DNA of 64,000 bases, taken from NCBI GenBank assembly GCA_965223905.1, contig CBDCXV010000011.1, forward strand, positions 1,152,001 through 1,216,000, written 5' to 3'. The notes beneath the pieces are model-generated. The model ran no database searches, was not told where the DNA came from, and saw only the letters and a program-made list of their open reading frames with translations. Positions 31,969-40,890 of the stretch are shown here, piece by piece. Source of the stretch: Candidatus Latescibacterota bacterium. GTDB lineage: Bacteria > Latescibacterota > UBA2968 > UBA8231. The position numbers and the translations under genes were made by a program. Position 1 is the first letter of the stretch. Each line of letters starts with the position of its first letter.

Positions 31969-33354
31969 TTATCCCTCTTGTAGTTCGGAAACCTCAACCT
32001 TTATGGATTTTCCTGTAACCACTTCAATAGTAGTTTCGATTAAACTTGAGTTTCTCTTTGCTCTACTTTTATGCACTGCGTTTTCAGGAGTAAAATGAAG
32101 CGTCAGTGTGTGTCCATCAGAAGTCATGACACTGGTATTGCAAAGAGCATCGTACAGAGATTGTCGGGATTGCTTAAAAGTTTCTACGACCTTTATCCAG
32201 TTTTCCTCCGAAAGGACAGTATTATTGGTCCCCACTTTATCCTTTGTTATAATTGTCCTGGACCTCCGAACCGATTTCTTCCCCTCAAGATAACGAATAC
32301 AATCCTTAATCGACCTCGCATCGAATTCACCTCCAATTATGTGGCTATGGTTCCTTATAATTTCAGGTGCATCGGGAGAAGAGTTTTTATCGATGACAAC
32401 GATAGCGGGGATTTCACCAAGAGGGTCATTTAAATTATCACTAATACCTTCCTCCAAAATTTGATTAATCTGTTCATCTCTAAATGAGTATCCGACAAAT
32501 ATCAATTTGTCAGCCTCCGTTGATATGTCCTTGAGATCACCATAAAACGAGCCAAAGGGAAAGGGGACATCCTTTAATGATCGTCCTTTAAACCCCGGAT
32601 ACAGTATTGCCATGTCTGCTGGATCGAAAAGTCTCCCGATTAAATCACTGCACTGTATTTCCTCGCCAACACGCCTCCAATTCGTTGATCCATGTAGCTT
32701 TGTAAGACTGCCTTTCGTTCTTTCAGACCTAAATGATATCCGGCGCTCCATATTCAATACAGTTGTTCCCCCTGGCTTGGTCACCATCCCGTCTTCTATA
32801 GGAAATTTATTATGAATTATGGTTCCCTCAAACACCTTGTCATAGTTTGTAGTGAAGATATTCAGAGGAAGAGATCCTATTCCCAAAAGGTTTTTAATAA
32901 ACTCAGCCCAAAGATTGGTTTGATAAAATTCATCGCTATTATCCATCCCATATATTTCGTGAATTCTCTTCCATATCGAATTCCTTATATCCTTTAAGTC
33001 TGCTTCTGTCGATGCAGATTCATTCGGATTACAATACATCGTCTCATGATTAACGTCTTTCATCTTTGCACTCGTGGACATCATCCATCCTGGGAATTTT
33101 TGGGGATCTCTTATATCAGACAAGAGGTTTTCAAATTCTTGCATTTCCCATAGAACTTGCTCGATATCTACTATAACCTCCGTCCCTACGGTTCTATTTT
33201 TCCCCCGCAAAAACTCATATGCATTCTGAAACCAACGGGATCCCCAAATATCTGGTTCTTCTTCTTGGAGACGATGGAAAAACTCCACTGTAGTGGGAAA
33301 CTTCTCTTTATCCAAAGCATACGACCCTCCAGCGCCAACAAATAGCAAGATCAT
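31969..33354 (-). CDS. SIR2-like (SIR2_2) protein with a C-terminal DnaX-C-like domain
   Basis: LFVGAGGS, IFTTNYD, KLHGS.NW, IFVGYSFRDEQIN; AT-rich gene. Confidence 0.85.
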   Translation of the reverse strand: MILLFVGAGGSYALDKEKFPTTVEFFHRLQEEEPDIWGSRWFQNAYEFLRGKNRTVGTEVIVDIEQVLWEMQEFENLLSDIRDPQKFPGWMMSTSAKMKDVNHETMYCNPNESASTEADLKDIRNSIWKRIHEIYGMDNSDEFYQTNLWAEFIKNLLGIGSLPLNIFTTNYDKVFEGTIIHNKFPIEDGMVTKPGGTTVLNMERRISFRSERTKGSLTKLHGSTNWRRVGEEIQCSDLIGRLFDPADMAILYPGFKGRSLKDVPFPFGSFYGDLKDISTEADKLIFVGYSFRDEQINQILEEGISDNLNDPLGEIPAIVVIDKNSSPDAPEIIRNHSHIIGGEFDARSIKDCIRYLEGKKSVRRSRTIITKDKVGTNNTVLSEENWIKVVETFKQSRQSLYDALCNTSVMTSDGHTLTLHFTPENAVHKSRAKRNSSLIETTIEVVTGKSIKVEVSELQEG

Positions 33355-33409
33355 AGAATTAGTCCCTTTCGCTATCGTTCCTTCTTCACAGCTCCCCAGC
33401 TTGGCGGGA

Positions 33410-33850
33410 TCACTGTAGTCGTAATCTCCATTCCCGCAGTTGTTCCCCCGTAATTCTACCCGCTAAAAACAGTTCTACTTGCTCAGCGAATTCCCTGGGT
33501 ATGGAAAGGAGATCCCTCACAACTCTAAGGTTGAACTCGCCTGAACTTGCAGGGAATAAGAACCACGTAGAATATCCCCTGGATACCGGATATCCTGCGG
33601 TTTCATAAAACCATCGAATCCCCAAAGAAGGGACAATTGCGCCGTTATCATGCTCCCACCCCAGCGCAATGACGGCCCATCTTTCATCTATGCTCTTGTC
33701 CACAACTACGTAGGTACGACCCCCTACCCTTCTCTGAGGAGAATCGATTTCCAATATCTGGTTGTCGTTCCTTATCGGGAACCTTCTTCCGCCGTCTTGT
33801 CTTGCCATTTGGTTCTTTTCTCTATCTTGACAGAGTTCTGCTCCTGTCAT
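33410..33850 (-). CDS. Conserved-looking hypothetical protein
   Basis: SP...WAVIALGW...LGIRWF...GYPVSRGYSTWFLFP; translationally coupled to the upstream ORF. Confidence 0.65.
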   Translation of the reverse strand: MTGAELCQDREKNQMARQDGGRRFPIRNDNQILEIDSPQRRVGGRTYVVVDKSIDERWAVIALGWEHDNGAIVPSLGIRWFYETAGYPVSRGYSTWFLFPASSGEFNLRVVRDLLSIPREFAEQVELFLAGRITGEQLREWRLRLQ

Positions 33851-34071
33851 GGTCTCTGTTTCAGCCAGCCCCAGCTTGCCGAAGTCACGGCAGTCGGGAT
33901 TTCCGGAGTCTCTGTCTCTGGGAGCTCGGATATGATGTCATCCTTCACAACCGCCACTGCCCACCGGAAAGCGTCGTTATCTAATGTCGCAAAGTAGATC
34001 AACCCCGCTGGGTAATCCATTGATGGGTTGTAGTGAAAGACGGCGCGGAACACCGATGTAGCTGTTCCCAT
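33847..34071 (-). CDS. Small protein with C-terminal WGxxK motif
   Basis: Ends IPTAVTSASWGWLKQRP; follows a promoter and operator. Confidence 0.55.
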   Translation of the reverse strand: MGTATSVFRAVFHYNPSMDYPAGLIYFATLDNDAFRWAVAVVKDDIISELPETETPEIPTAVTSASWGWLKQRP

Positions 34072-34121
34072 TTCTACCGCCTTTTCCTAATCCAAATCCG
34101 TAAACGGACCTGATGATGACG

Positions 34122-34191
34122 TGTCGGTGTCCACCGACTGACTGCCCATCCGTTCACCGATTATGGTAGTATTTCTTTGCGCCGCTGTCAA
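34122..34191 (-). promoter_or_regulatory. Sigma70-type promoter with downstream palindromic operator
   Basis: Minus-strand TTGACA (34191-34186), 17-bp spacer, TACCAT (34168-34163); TGTCGGTGTCCACCGACT at 34122-34139. Confidence 0.7.
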
Positions 34192-34437
34192 TCCCCTCCG
34201 TATTCGCGCCGTTGCGCTCGACGCGTGTTGCGGCCAAGTCGTGGGAGCAGTGGCGGGCACGGTTTCCCGTCTTCAATCCTTCTTGCCGGCGAATCAGGCC
34301 GATCCTACCAGCTAAAGGATAGGCGCAACGTATTACACCTACCCCTTTGGTCGGCACCTACCGGCTACGCCAGTGGTTCAAAACAATCTGAATTGCCTCA
34401 AGCGTTAGCTCCAATACCACGGCCAACCATCTTGGCA

Positions 34438-34806
34438 TCATGATTTACCACCCCCTTTCTGTGGTGTGTCGTCGTCCCCGTTCTTTTTGAACCTCCCACG
34501 GTTGTCTCGATCCCGAGACCTTGCTGCTTCGCTCCTCTCGCGGTTCTGTTCTTCCTGTCGCCGAGCTTCTTCTGGGTTAACCCCGTTTTGGATATCCGAC
34601 CCGGTTTCCGTTTTCCCAAACTCCCGCTTCACCACATTCAACCGCTCTTTCACCTTCCCCTTGATCCACTCGGAATGAGCTTTGTTGACAGCAAGATGGA
34701 AGAGGCGGACCCCCACCTCCCTGGCAACGACCACGGCGACAGCCGTTACTACTGGCTTCCAGGGTATGCCACTGTCCTTCTTTCCGTTCCTGCGTAATGG
34801 TTCCAT
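34438..34806 (-). CDS. Hypothetical membrane-anchored protein
   Basis: RBS, one hydrophobic segment, RDNRGRFKK motif. Confidence 0.55.
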   Translation of the reverse strand: MEPLRRNGKKDSGIPWKPVVTAVAVVVAREVGVRLFHLAVNKAHSEWIKGKVKERLNVVKREFGKTETGSDIQNGVNPEEARRQEEQNRERSEAARSRDRDNRGRFKKNGDDDTPQKGGGKS

Positions 34807-34817
34807 GATGTTCCTTT

Positions 34818-35027
34818 CTACAGGTCTTTTGGCCTGCCGGTTTGTTTGCCCCCTATCTTTTCCGACAGAAGGTCGATGAGTTCCCGCACTCTATGTGTGG
34901 GAATTAACACTTCGTAGGTCCCGCCGTCGCTGCGGGAGCCTTGTATCGAGACACCAGGAGCATTGATCCAGGCGAGGAATTCGCACTTCTCAATGTCCCG
35001 TATCTGGATACAGCGATGTTCGTTCAT
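34818..35027 (-). CDS. Hypothetical protein
   Basis: GAGGTG RBS, co-directional with neighbours. Confidence 0.5.
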   Translation of the reverse strand: MNEHRCIQIRDIEKCEFLAWINAPGVSIQGSRSDGGTYEVLIPTHRVRELIDLLSEKIGGKQTGRPKDL

Positions 35028-35164
35028 ACGCAGTTCACCTCTTTGTTAGGAGATAGAAGATGGATACACGACTACCAGCCGATTTCAGAGACGAAATCGC
35101 CAAGAAACAGAGAAAGGAAATTCAGAGACTACGGAAGGAGAAGGAACAGCTACGGGAAGAGCAC

Positions 35165-35210
35165 AAAAAAGCCCCCGGATCGTCAGATACCGGGGGCGTG
35201 GTTTTTTTTC
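35165..35210. terminator. Bidirectional rho-independent terminator
   Basis: AAAAAA-GCCCCCGG...CCGGGGGC-...TTTTTTTT. Confidence 0.7.
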
Positions 35211-35228
35211 TCTGGTGGGGAGGGTGAG

Positions 35229-35528
35229 TTAGGGATCGGAGTCGGAACCGTTTCCAGCTGCCTCGATTCTCTTGACCGCATTCTCGATTCTATGGATGGG
35301 CTTGACGGCATTCTCAACTCTCTTAAGTCTATCGAGGACAGACTTAATCTCTGAATGTCTTTCAAGCGTGATCCGTATTGTAGCCTCGAATAAATCTATA
35401 TGAGCATTAGCTTTTGAGATAGTCATATCGTGCGCGGAATAAAGCTGAACCAAGTTTCCTCTGATATGGTCTATATGCTTTAAAGTTTTAACTTCGAGAG
35501 GTTCTTCTTTTCTTCTTTCGTCTACCAT
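35229..35528 (-). CDS. Hypothetical coiled-coil protein
   Basis: RBS; internal R(V/I)ENAVK duplication. Confidence 0.55.
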   Translation of the reverse strand: MVDERRKEEPLEVKTLKHIDHIRGNLVQLYSAHDMTISKANAHIDLFEATIRITLERHSEIKSVLDRLKRVENAVKPIHRIENAVKRIEAAGNGSDSDP

Positions 35529-35541
35529 CGTTTCCCTTTCT

Positions 35542-35964
35542 CTATGCCTTTTCGGGTATCTGTGGCGGATTGTCGTCTGAATCGTCGGGTTTGATCTTCG
35601 GCTTGTCGTCTTTGTCTCCGAATAGCTCCTCCATCTTTTCGTCGGCTTGTATTCTGTGGATAAGCTTTATGCTTGCGGCAATGGTAAAGATTGCCCCGGC
35701 CAGCACTGCAAGATCGTCCTGGAAGCCTATGACGGGGAGGTAGTCGGGAATTAAGTCGAGGGGATTTATGAAATACGCGAGAGCCGCGAGCACCACTGCC
35801 TTAGCCTTGGCGGGTGTGTCTGGATCGGATAACACGTAATACAGGACAAGGGCTTTCGAGAGTAGATCCTTGGCGATTTTCTTAGCCAGCTTAGCAACGG
35901 CTTCGATCTTATCCCAAAAGGTTTCTTCCGAGTAGTTGGGATGTTCCATGACTAATCCCTCCAT
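35542..35964 (-). CDS. YkvA/DUF1232 family protein
   Basis: YSEETFWDK, ALAYFINPLDLIPDYLPVIGFQDD. Confidence 0.9.
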   Translation of the reverse strand: MEGLVMEHPNYSEETFWDKIEAVAKLAKKIAKDLLSKALVLYYVLSDPDTPAKAKAVVLAALAYFINPLDLIPDYLPVIGFQDDLAVLAGAIFTIAASIKLIHRIQADEKMEELFGDKDDKPKIKPDDSDDNPPQIPEKA

Positions 35965-36056
35965 CCTTTTTTTGCACCGCTCTTCTTGTCAGCTTCGTAT
36001 CCTATTTTGTTTCCCGTCAGCCCACCAATAGCACCTACCAAGATGCCAAGAGGAAC

Positions 36057-37631
36057 GGGTGTCTTAGCTGATTGTTACGGTTTCGGTGGTTGTTTTTAGG
36101 TTTTCTCGGTACTGCTGAAAGACCCGGTCAAGCGTTCCATTGTACAAGGCGCAGCGCAGGGCCAGAATGGCGTTGCTGTTTTCCTTATACCACCAAGCGC
36201 CCGACCGTTTCAGACGAACGTGGCCGATGAAGCGATGCGCCGATTCGATCGCCCCCGACCCGATCGGGTATCCGCCCTTGCGATGGCTGCCGAAATCGAC
36301 CTGGTGCAGTCGCTTTTGCAGGTAGGTCAAGGCCGTGCCGATGGCCTCTCCGGCCTCTTCCGAGAGCGGCTGCATGCGCTGCAGACCCCAGACCACGCCG
36401 CTGCCCTCGCCGCAGAACAGGCGCGCCAGGGTCGCTTCCAGCCAATGGGCAGCACGCGCCGCATCGGCGCCGTATTGGGCCTCGGCCACCGCGTGCAGGT
36501 AGCTGCTGCAATGGTAGTAGTCGAGGATCTGACGGGCGCTCGGGAACAGCTCTTCCACCCACTTCCAGATCCACGGAGCGCCATCTCCGATGGCACACAA
36601 GCGCACCTGATCCTCCGGGATCAGCCCCGCCTCCTTGACCTGGCGCAAGGCCGCGCCGAAGGCCTGTTCGTTGCCCATCTGGTGCCAGGAGATCAGCTGC
36701 TCGATGCGCTCATCGTCTATCAGGTAGAAGCGAAAGCCCTTGGCTTCGTGGTATTCCCCCTGCCAACGCCTTCGCCGAGCCCGGCTCTTCTTGCGTCCGG
36801 GACGGGTGCCTTTGGCGGTCTGGGGACGACTGGGCACGTCGGCCGCGTCGATGGCCAACACCACGATCGGCCGCCACTTGCGACCGGCGGCGGCTTGCGC
36901 AATGCGATCCTGGATATCGGCCGCGTCCGGACACACCTGCAGCACGTCCAACGACCCGGTCTGTTGCAGCACCTCGTGAATCACACAATCGCTCATCGAC
37001 GCGTCGGTGAGCTCGTCCAACAGTTCGGCGGCGCGCCGGTGGGGCATCTCCAGCCCCAGCTTGACCCCGGCCTGCTGCACGTCCCACTGCTTGCGCTGCG
37101 CCGACAGGCCCAGGGCCTCGTCCAGCGGATAGAACCCGTGGTGACAGCCAACGCAGTAGAAATAGGGACGCTCCAAGGTCACCGGCCCGAGCAGCGTCTC
37201 CACCGTGCGCGAGCGAGACGGGCGCGCTCGCAGCAGGCCTTTGCACTTGGGGCAGGCCGCCTCTTCCTGGGCCAGGAAATGGCCGTGGCGGCGTTCGACG
37301 AAGGCTTCCACCAAGGCCGCGGTGAGCCCGGAGCGCTCTTGAGACATCGCCGCGGTGATCTCCATCAACGTCGGCGCACAAGATCCGCGCTCGCTCATTT
37401 GCGTCTCCACCCGATCCAGCCATTGGTCCAAGGCTTCATGCGCCCGGCTTCGAAAGCGGTCCTGACTCTGCCGCTCCTGAAAAACTTCCAGAGAGAGAAT
37501 CGCACTCATCGCTCCCCTTCTTTCTGAAATCAGGGGAGCGCGCCGCAGGGGATGCGGAAAAAGAAAGCAACTTACTGTAAAATATACACATACGCACCTG
37601 AATTGCGCTATAACAATTACTTAAGACGCCC
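36057..37631 (-). mobile_element. ISKra4-family IS (1,575 bp)
   Basis: Imperfect TIRs GGGTGTCTTAGCTGATTGTTA / GGGCGTCTTAAGTAATTGTTA; TSD AGAGGAAC at 36049-36056 and 37632-37639. Confidence 0.88.
36064..37509 (-). CDS. ISKra4-family transposase
   Basis: CPKC..TLLG...RPYFYC..C, AIDA, IGDGAPWI, LDYYH, PIGSGAIESA. Confidence 0.9.
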   Translation of the reverse strand: MSAILSLEVFQERQSQDRFRSRAHEALDQWLDRVETQMSERGSCAPTLMEITAAMSQERSGLTAALVEAFVERRHGHFLAQEEAACPKCKGLLRARPSRSRTVETLLGPVTLERPYFYCVGCHHGFYPLDEALGLSAQRKQWDVQQAGVKLGLEMPHRRAAELLDELTDASMSDCVIHEVLQQTGSLDVLQVCPDAADIQDRIAQAAAGRKWRPIVVLAIDAADVPSRPQTAKGTRPGRKKSRARRRRWQGEYHEAKGFRFYLIDDERIEQLISWHQMGNEQAFGAALRQVKEAGLIPEDQVRLCAIGDGAPWIWKWVEELFPSARQILDYYHCSSYLHAVAEAQYGADAARAAHWLEATLARLFCGEGSGVVWGLQRMQPLSEEAGEAIGTALTYLQKRLHQVDFGSHRKGGYPIGSGAIESAHRFIGHVRLKRSGAWWYKENSNAILALRCALYNGTLDRVFQQYRENLKTTTETVTIS

Positions 37632-37758
37632 AGAGGAACTGTCGCGGTTATTCCCCACCCTCCAGAAGCTAATCCTATAGCGGAGCCGATCTTAGCCCCC
37701 GCTACGGCTCCTGTCAGCAGTCCAGCTATGGTTCCGGCTGCTTCTTTTTTCCGTGGCA

Positions 37759-38802
37759 TTATTCCTGACCTCCTATGATAGCCTTGAGTTCTCCCCAGGA
37801 GGTCTGTTCGATGGAAGTGGGAATGTCGGGAGTATCGTATTCCCATAGTTTTATAAGACTGTCTGTTCCGGCACTGGCAAGGTATCGGGAAGACATAGCG
37901 AGGGCCGTTAGTTCGTTAAATAAATACCCCTCTCTCCCCTCGTGATGTTCCAGGGTTGCAGTAGGTTCCCAGGTGACGGTGCTGAGTATTTCGATTGCCC
38001 ACGATTCAGCTAACGAAACTGCAAGCAAATTGCTATCTGGAGAGAATGACATTTCTCCAACTGGCTTGTTGAAATACGAAGATATTCCCCAGGTATTAGT
38101 GTCCCACACTTTGAGCCTATTGTTGTTGGATATGCTGGCAAGTAACCGGCCATCGGGAGAAAATTCAAGATTAGTGACATCCCAATGGTCTGAGCCCAAC
38201 AGGGTGACGATTTTCTCTCCTGTTTCTGTATTCCATATGTATATAATGTCGTCTGTTGTCCCTGTTGCCAGCATGTTTCCGCCAGGATGGAATGCCAAGA
38301 AAGAGAAATACGGACCGAATTGGTCTCGGGATATTTCCAGCTTAGTGTCGAAGGTTTCTGGATCTACAAGGTATACAATTATATCATTTCCGATTGCAAT
38401 GGTTTCCCCGTCTGAGGATAGCGAAATCAGCAGAAATTCTCTGTTGGCGGAATAGGTTTCTTCTTCAAGGTTGATAATTATTGACCTACCGGAACGCAGG
38501 AAATCCGCCCGACTGTCTCCTCCAAAATCGTTTCCGATACGCCCACTGTTTATTAAGAACTTGCCATCGCGTGAGAACGTCATATGACGCCCACCGGTAA
38601 GGTTGAGCGGTTCTATCTCTTCCTCTCCGGATTCGATATTCCAAATCCTGATTTTCCCACCCCCGGTGCTTGCCAGACGGTTTCCATCTGGCGAAAACGC
38701 CAGTGAGTTTGTTGCGTATAACGATGGAGTATCTGGAATAAGAAATTCTTTATCGGAGGCAGATACTGCGGCAGCCAGCAGACACAGCAGTAGAAACGTC
38801 AT
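37759..38802 (-). CDS. Secreted WD40-repeat protein with C-terminal WGxxK motif
   Basis: Signal peptide, FSPDG..LAS...I(R/K)(I/L/V)W repeats, ends PTSIEQTSWGELKA. Confidence 0.88.
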   Translation of the reverse strand: MTFLLLCLLAAAVSASDKEFLIPDTPSLYATNSLAFSPDGNRLASTGGGKIRIWNIESGEEEIEPLNLTGGRHMTFSRDGKFLINSGRIGNDFGGDSRADFLRSGRSIIINLEEETYSANREFLLISLSSDGETIAIGNDIIVYLVDPETFDTKLEISRDQFGPYFSFLAFHPGGNMLATGTTDDIIYIWNTETGEKIVTLLGSDHWDVTNLEFSPDGRLLASISNNNRLKVWDTNTWGISSYFNKPVGEMSFSPDSNLLAVSLAESWAIEILSTVTWEPTATLEHHEGREGYLFNELTALAMSSRYLASAGTDSLIKLWEYDTPDIPTSIEQTSWGELKAIIGGQE

Positions 38803-39396
38803 TTGTCGATCCTCTTGCCGCTATGTCAGAGAAAGAGAGCCGTAGCCGCTACGCCAGAGAGGCCATCCGTAACGTCGAGAAACCCAGCCTGGAGCTTTCG
38901 CTATCCGGAAACGGCGACTACGGGAACTGCGCGTGGGCGGCAGTAGGGAATCTCTCTCCCCGAGCAAGGTGAAAGTAATCCCCGGCTCCCATTGGAGCCG
39001 GGTCCTTGCAACCTTGCCACGCAGAGAGCGGGAAGTCCCACCTATTTACCAAGTCTCAGGGAGCTACCCCTCGACTGGAAAAAACTGGCTGTTTTATTCA
39101 GCGGGAGACCCGACAAGCAGGACTCCACGCAGCAAGATTGCGAAGGAGATAGTAAACCTTCATTGATAACGACACAAGGGGAAATCGGTTACGGGTATGA
39201 GCGGTGAAAGATTACACCGAGAAGTGCCAAATGAAGTGCCAAATTTGCACGGCGAAGACGACCTTTGACCGGCAGCCCGGGAAGTTGGCACGACTCTTTC
39301 CGAAGCCCGTGGTATTCTCCGAAGGAAAATTCTGAAGAAAGCGGCGAGCAGCGCGGAAGCGGAGCCGGAGGGACTTCGCCCCCCGGCCTGACGTGG

Positions 39397-40389
39397 TTAC
39401 TTCACCAGATTCCGATACAACAGCCGTTTCCCCACCATCCGGGCAACGACGTCTTCCATCTGCTCGATGGTGTCCTTGTCGCGGATGTTGTGCCTTCCGA
39501 CAAACTCGTCTACGTATCGCTGTAAGTGCTTGGGGGACATGGAGTGATAGGTTCCCTTGTATCCTCGCTTGATATTTGACCAGAAGCTTTCGATGCCGTT
39601 GGTGTGGGAACCATCGGTAGAGAACTGGCCTTTTGAGTGAATGACGAACTCGGATTTTCCCGGCCACTTGAAATCCTTCAAAGCACTTGCCCCGTCGCTG
39701 TAAAGGGTGCCGTTTACTCTCAGGTGCTTCCGGGCGAATGCTCTCAGAATGTCCGCAGTTTCCGCAGGAATTACGCTCGCTGCGACCTTGCCGGTTTTCC
39801 TGTCCTTCATACCGACGACGATGGTTTTTCCATCCATCCATCGTTCCCGCAGTTTCTTGTCGGCATGTTTGTTGGCCTCCTTTCCGCCTATATAGGCTTG
39901 GTCGATCTCGCCTCTCTTGCTTCTGAGCTTCTCTTGATCAGACCATGCCTCCCTGATGCGGTGCGCCATGAACCAGGCCGTTTTCTGCGTCACCCGGAGG
40001 TCCCGGTGTAGCTTCATGCTGGACACGCCTTTCAGGCTGGACAGGTGCAGGTAGATGGCAATTGCCCATTTTTGATACGAGATATGGGAGCATTCGAGCA
40101 CCGTTCCAGTGCGAACGGAGAACCGTTTGCGGCAGTCTCCGCACCAGTAAGCCTGCGGTTTGCGGTTCGGGCATTCGGAAATCATGCCGTAACATCCGCA
40201 ATGGGGGCAGTATATTTCCTTGGGCCATCGAACATCCTCGAACCACTGTTCCGCCGTTCTGTTGTCCGGGAACTTCTCGAACAGCTCGATCAGGGATACG
40301 CCTTTCCTGTCGTTCCTTCCCGGCCCTTCCGGTACAAGGCCTCTTCCGGCTTTCGACCAGCGGCCCAGGAATCGCTTCAATAGTTTCAT
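39397..40389 (-). CDS. IS1595-family transposase (internal paralog)
   Basis: CPHCG, YWCGDC, FSVRTGT, EIDQAYIGG, LYSDG, HTNGIESFW, HLQRYVDEF. Confidence 0.92.
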   Translation of the reverse strand: MKLLKRFLGRWSKAGRGLVPEGPGRNDRKGVSLIELFEKFPDNRTAEQWFEDVRWPKEIYCPHCGCYGMISECPNRKPQAYWCGDCRKRFSVRTGTVLECSHISYQKWAIAIYLHLSSLKGVSSMKLHRDLRVTQKTAWFMAHRIREAWSDQEKLRSKRGEIDQAYIGGKEANKHADKKLRERWMDGKTIVVGMKDRKTGKVAASVIPAETADILRAFARKHLRVNGTLYSDGASALKDFKWPGKSEFVIHSKGQFSTDGSHTNGIESFWSNIKRGYKGTYHSMSPKHLQRYVDEFVGRHNIRDKDTIEQMEDVVARMVGKRLLYRNLVK

Positions 40390-40890
40390 GAGTTCCTTTC
40401 TGGTGAGAATGGGGGGGAGCGGGTTGTCGGGATCGAGTCCCCCGCGCAGGTCGTTCCGAGACCCCTGGCAGGTTGACAAACGGCTGCAACGGGTGTCCCG
40501 CTCCCCTATAGGTCTTTGGAAACTGCCGGATCTCCGCTCAGGTGATTGTGAACGGGAATGATCGAACAGGTTCCCTAATGACGGCGGACTTGAAGACTTC
40601 CCGAGGATGCACCAGGGAGGCCGTCTGGCTGCCTAATCGAGGTTATTTCGGGGGGGCGACTACCCGGTTCCGGGCACCGGGGTGGAGGACGACAAAAAAT
40701 CCCCTGTCGGCCATTCGAGACAGGCGGTTACGTCACCCGGGGTCACAAACGGTTACGGCCCGAATGCCCAGGTCAAACCGAAATCCTGAAATTGTCGGTG
40801 TTCACCGACAGTAGAAACAGGGTAGCGGTCAGCAGACCCGGGAAGGAATGACGCCTCCCCGGGCTCCCCTCTGAAGGGCACCGCCCTGTC

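Larger units (their letters stand above)
35952..37759 (-). pseudogene. Small glycine-zipper membrane protein gene split by an ISKra4-type IS
   Basis: MPRKKEAAG...GAVAGAKIG...ATVPL joins GILVGAIGGLTGNKIG...WRD* after the IS and one TSD are removed. Confidence 0.8.

Noticed and set aside
40811-40890. Hammerhead-like ribozyme
   Set aside because: No CUGANGA core in the correct arrangement with GAAA.
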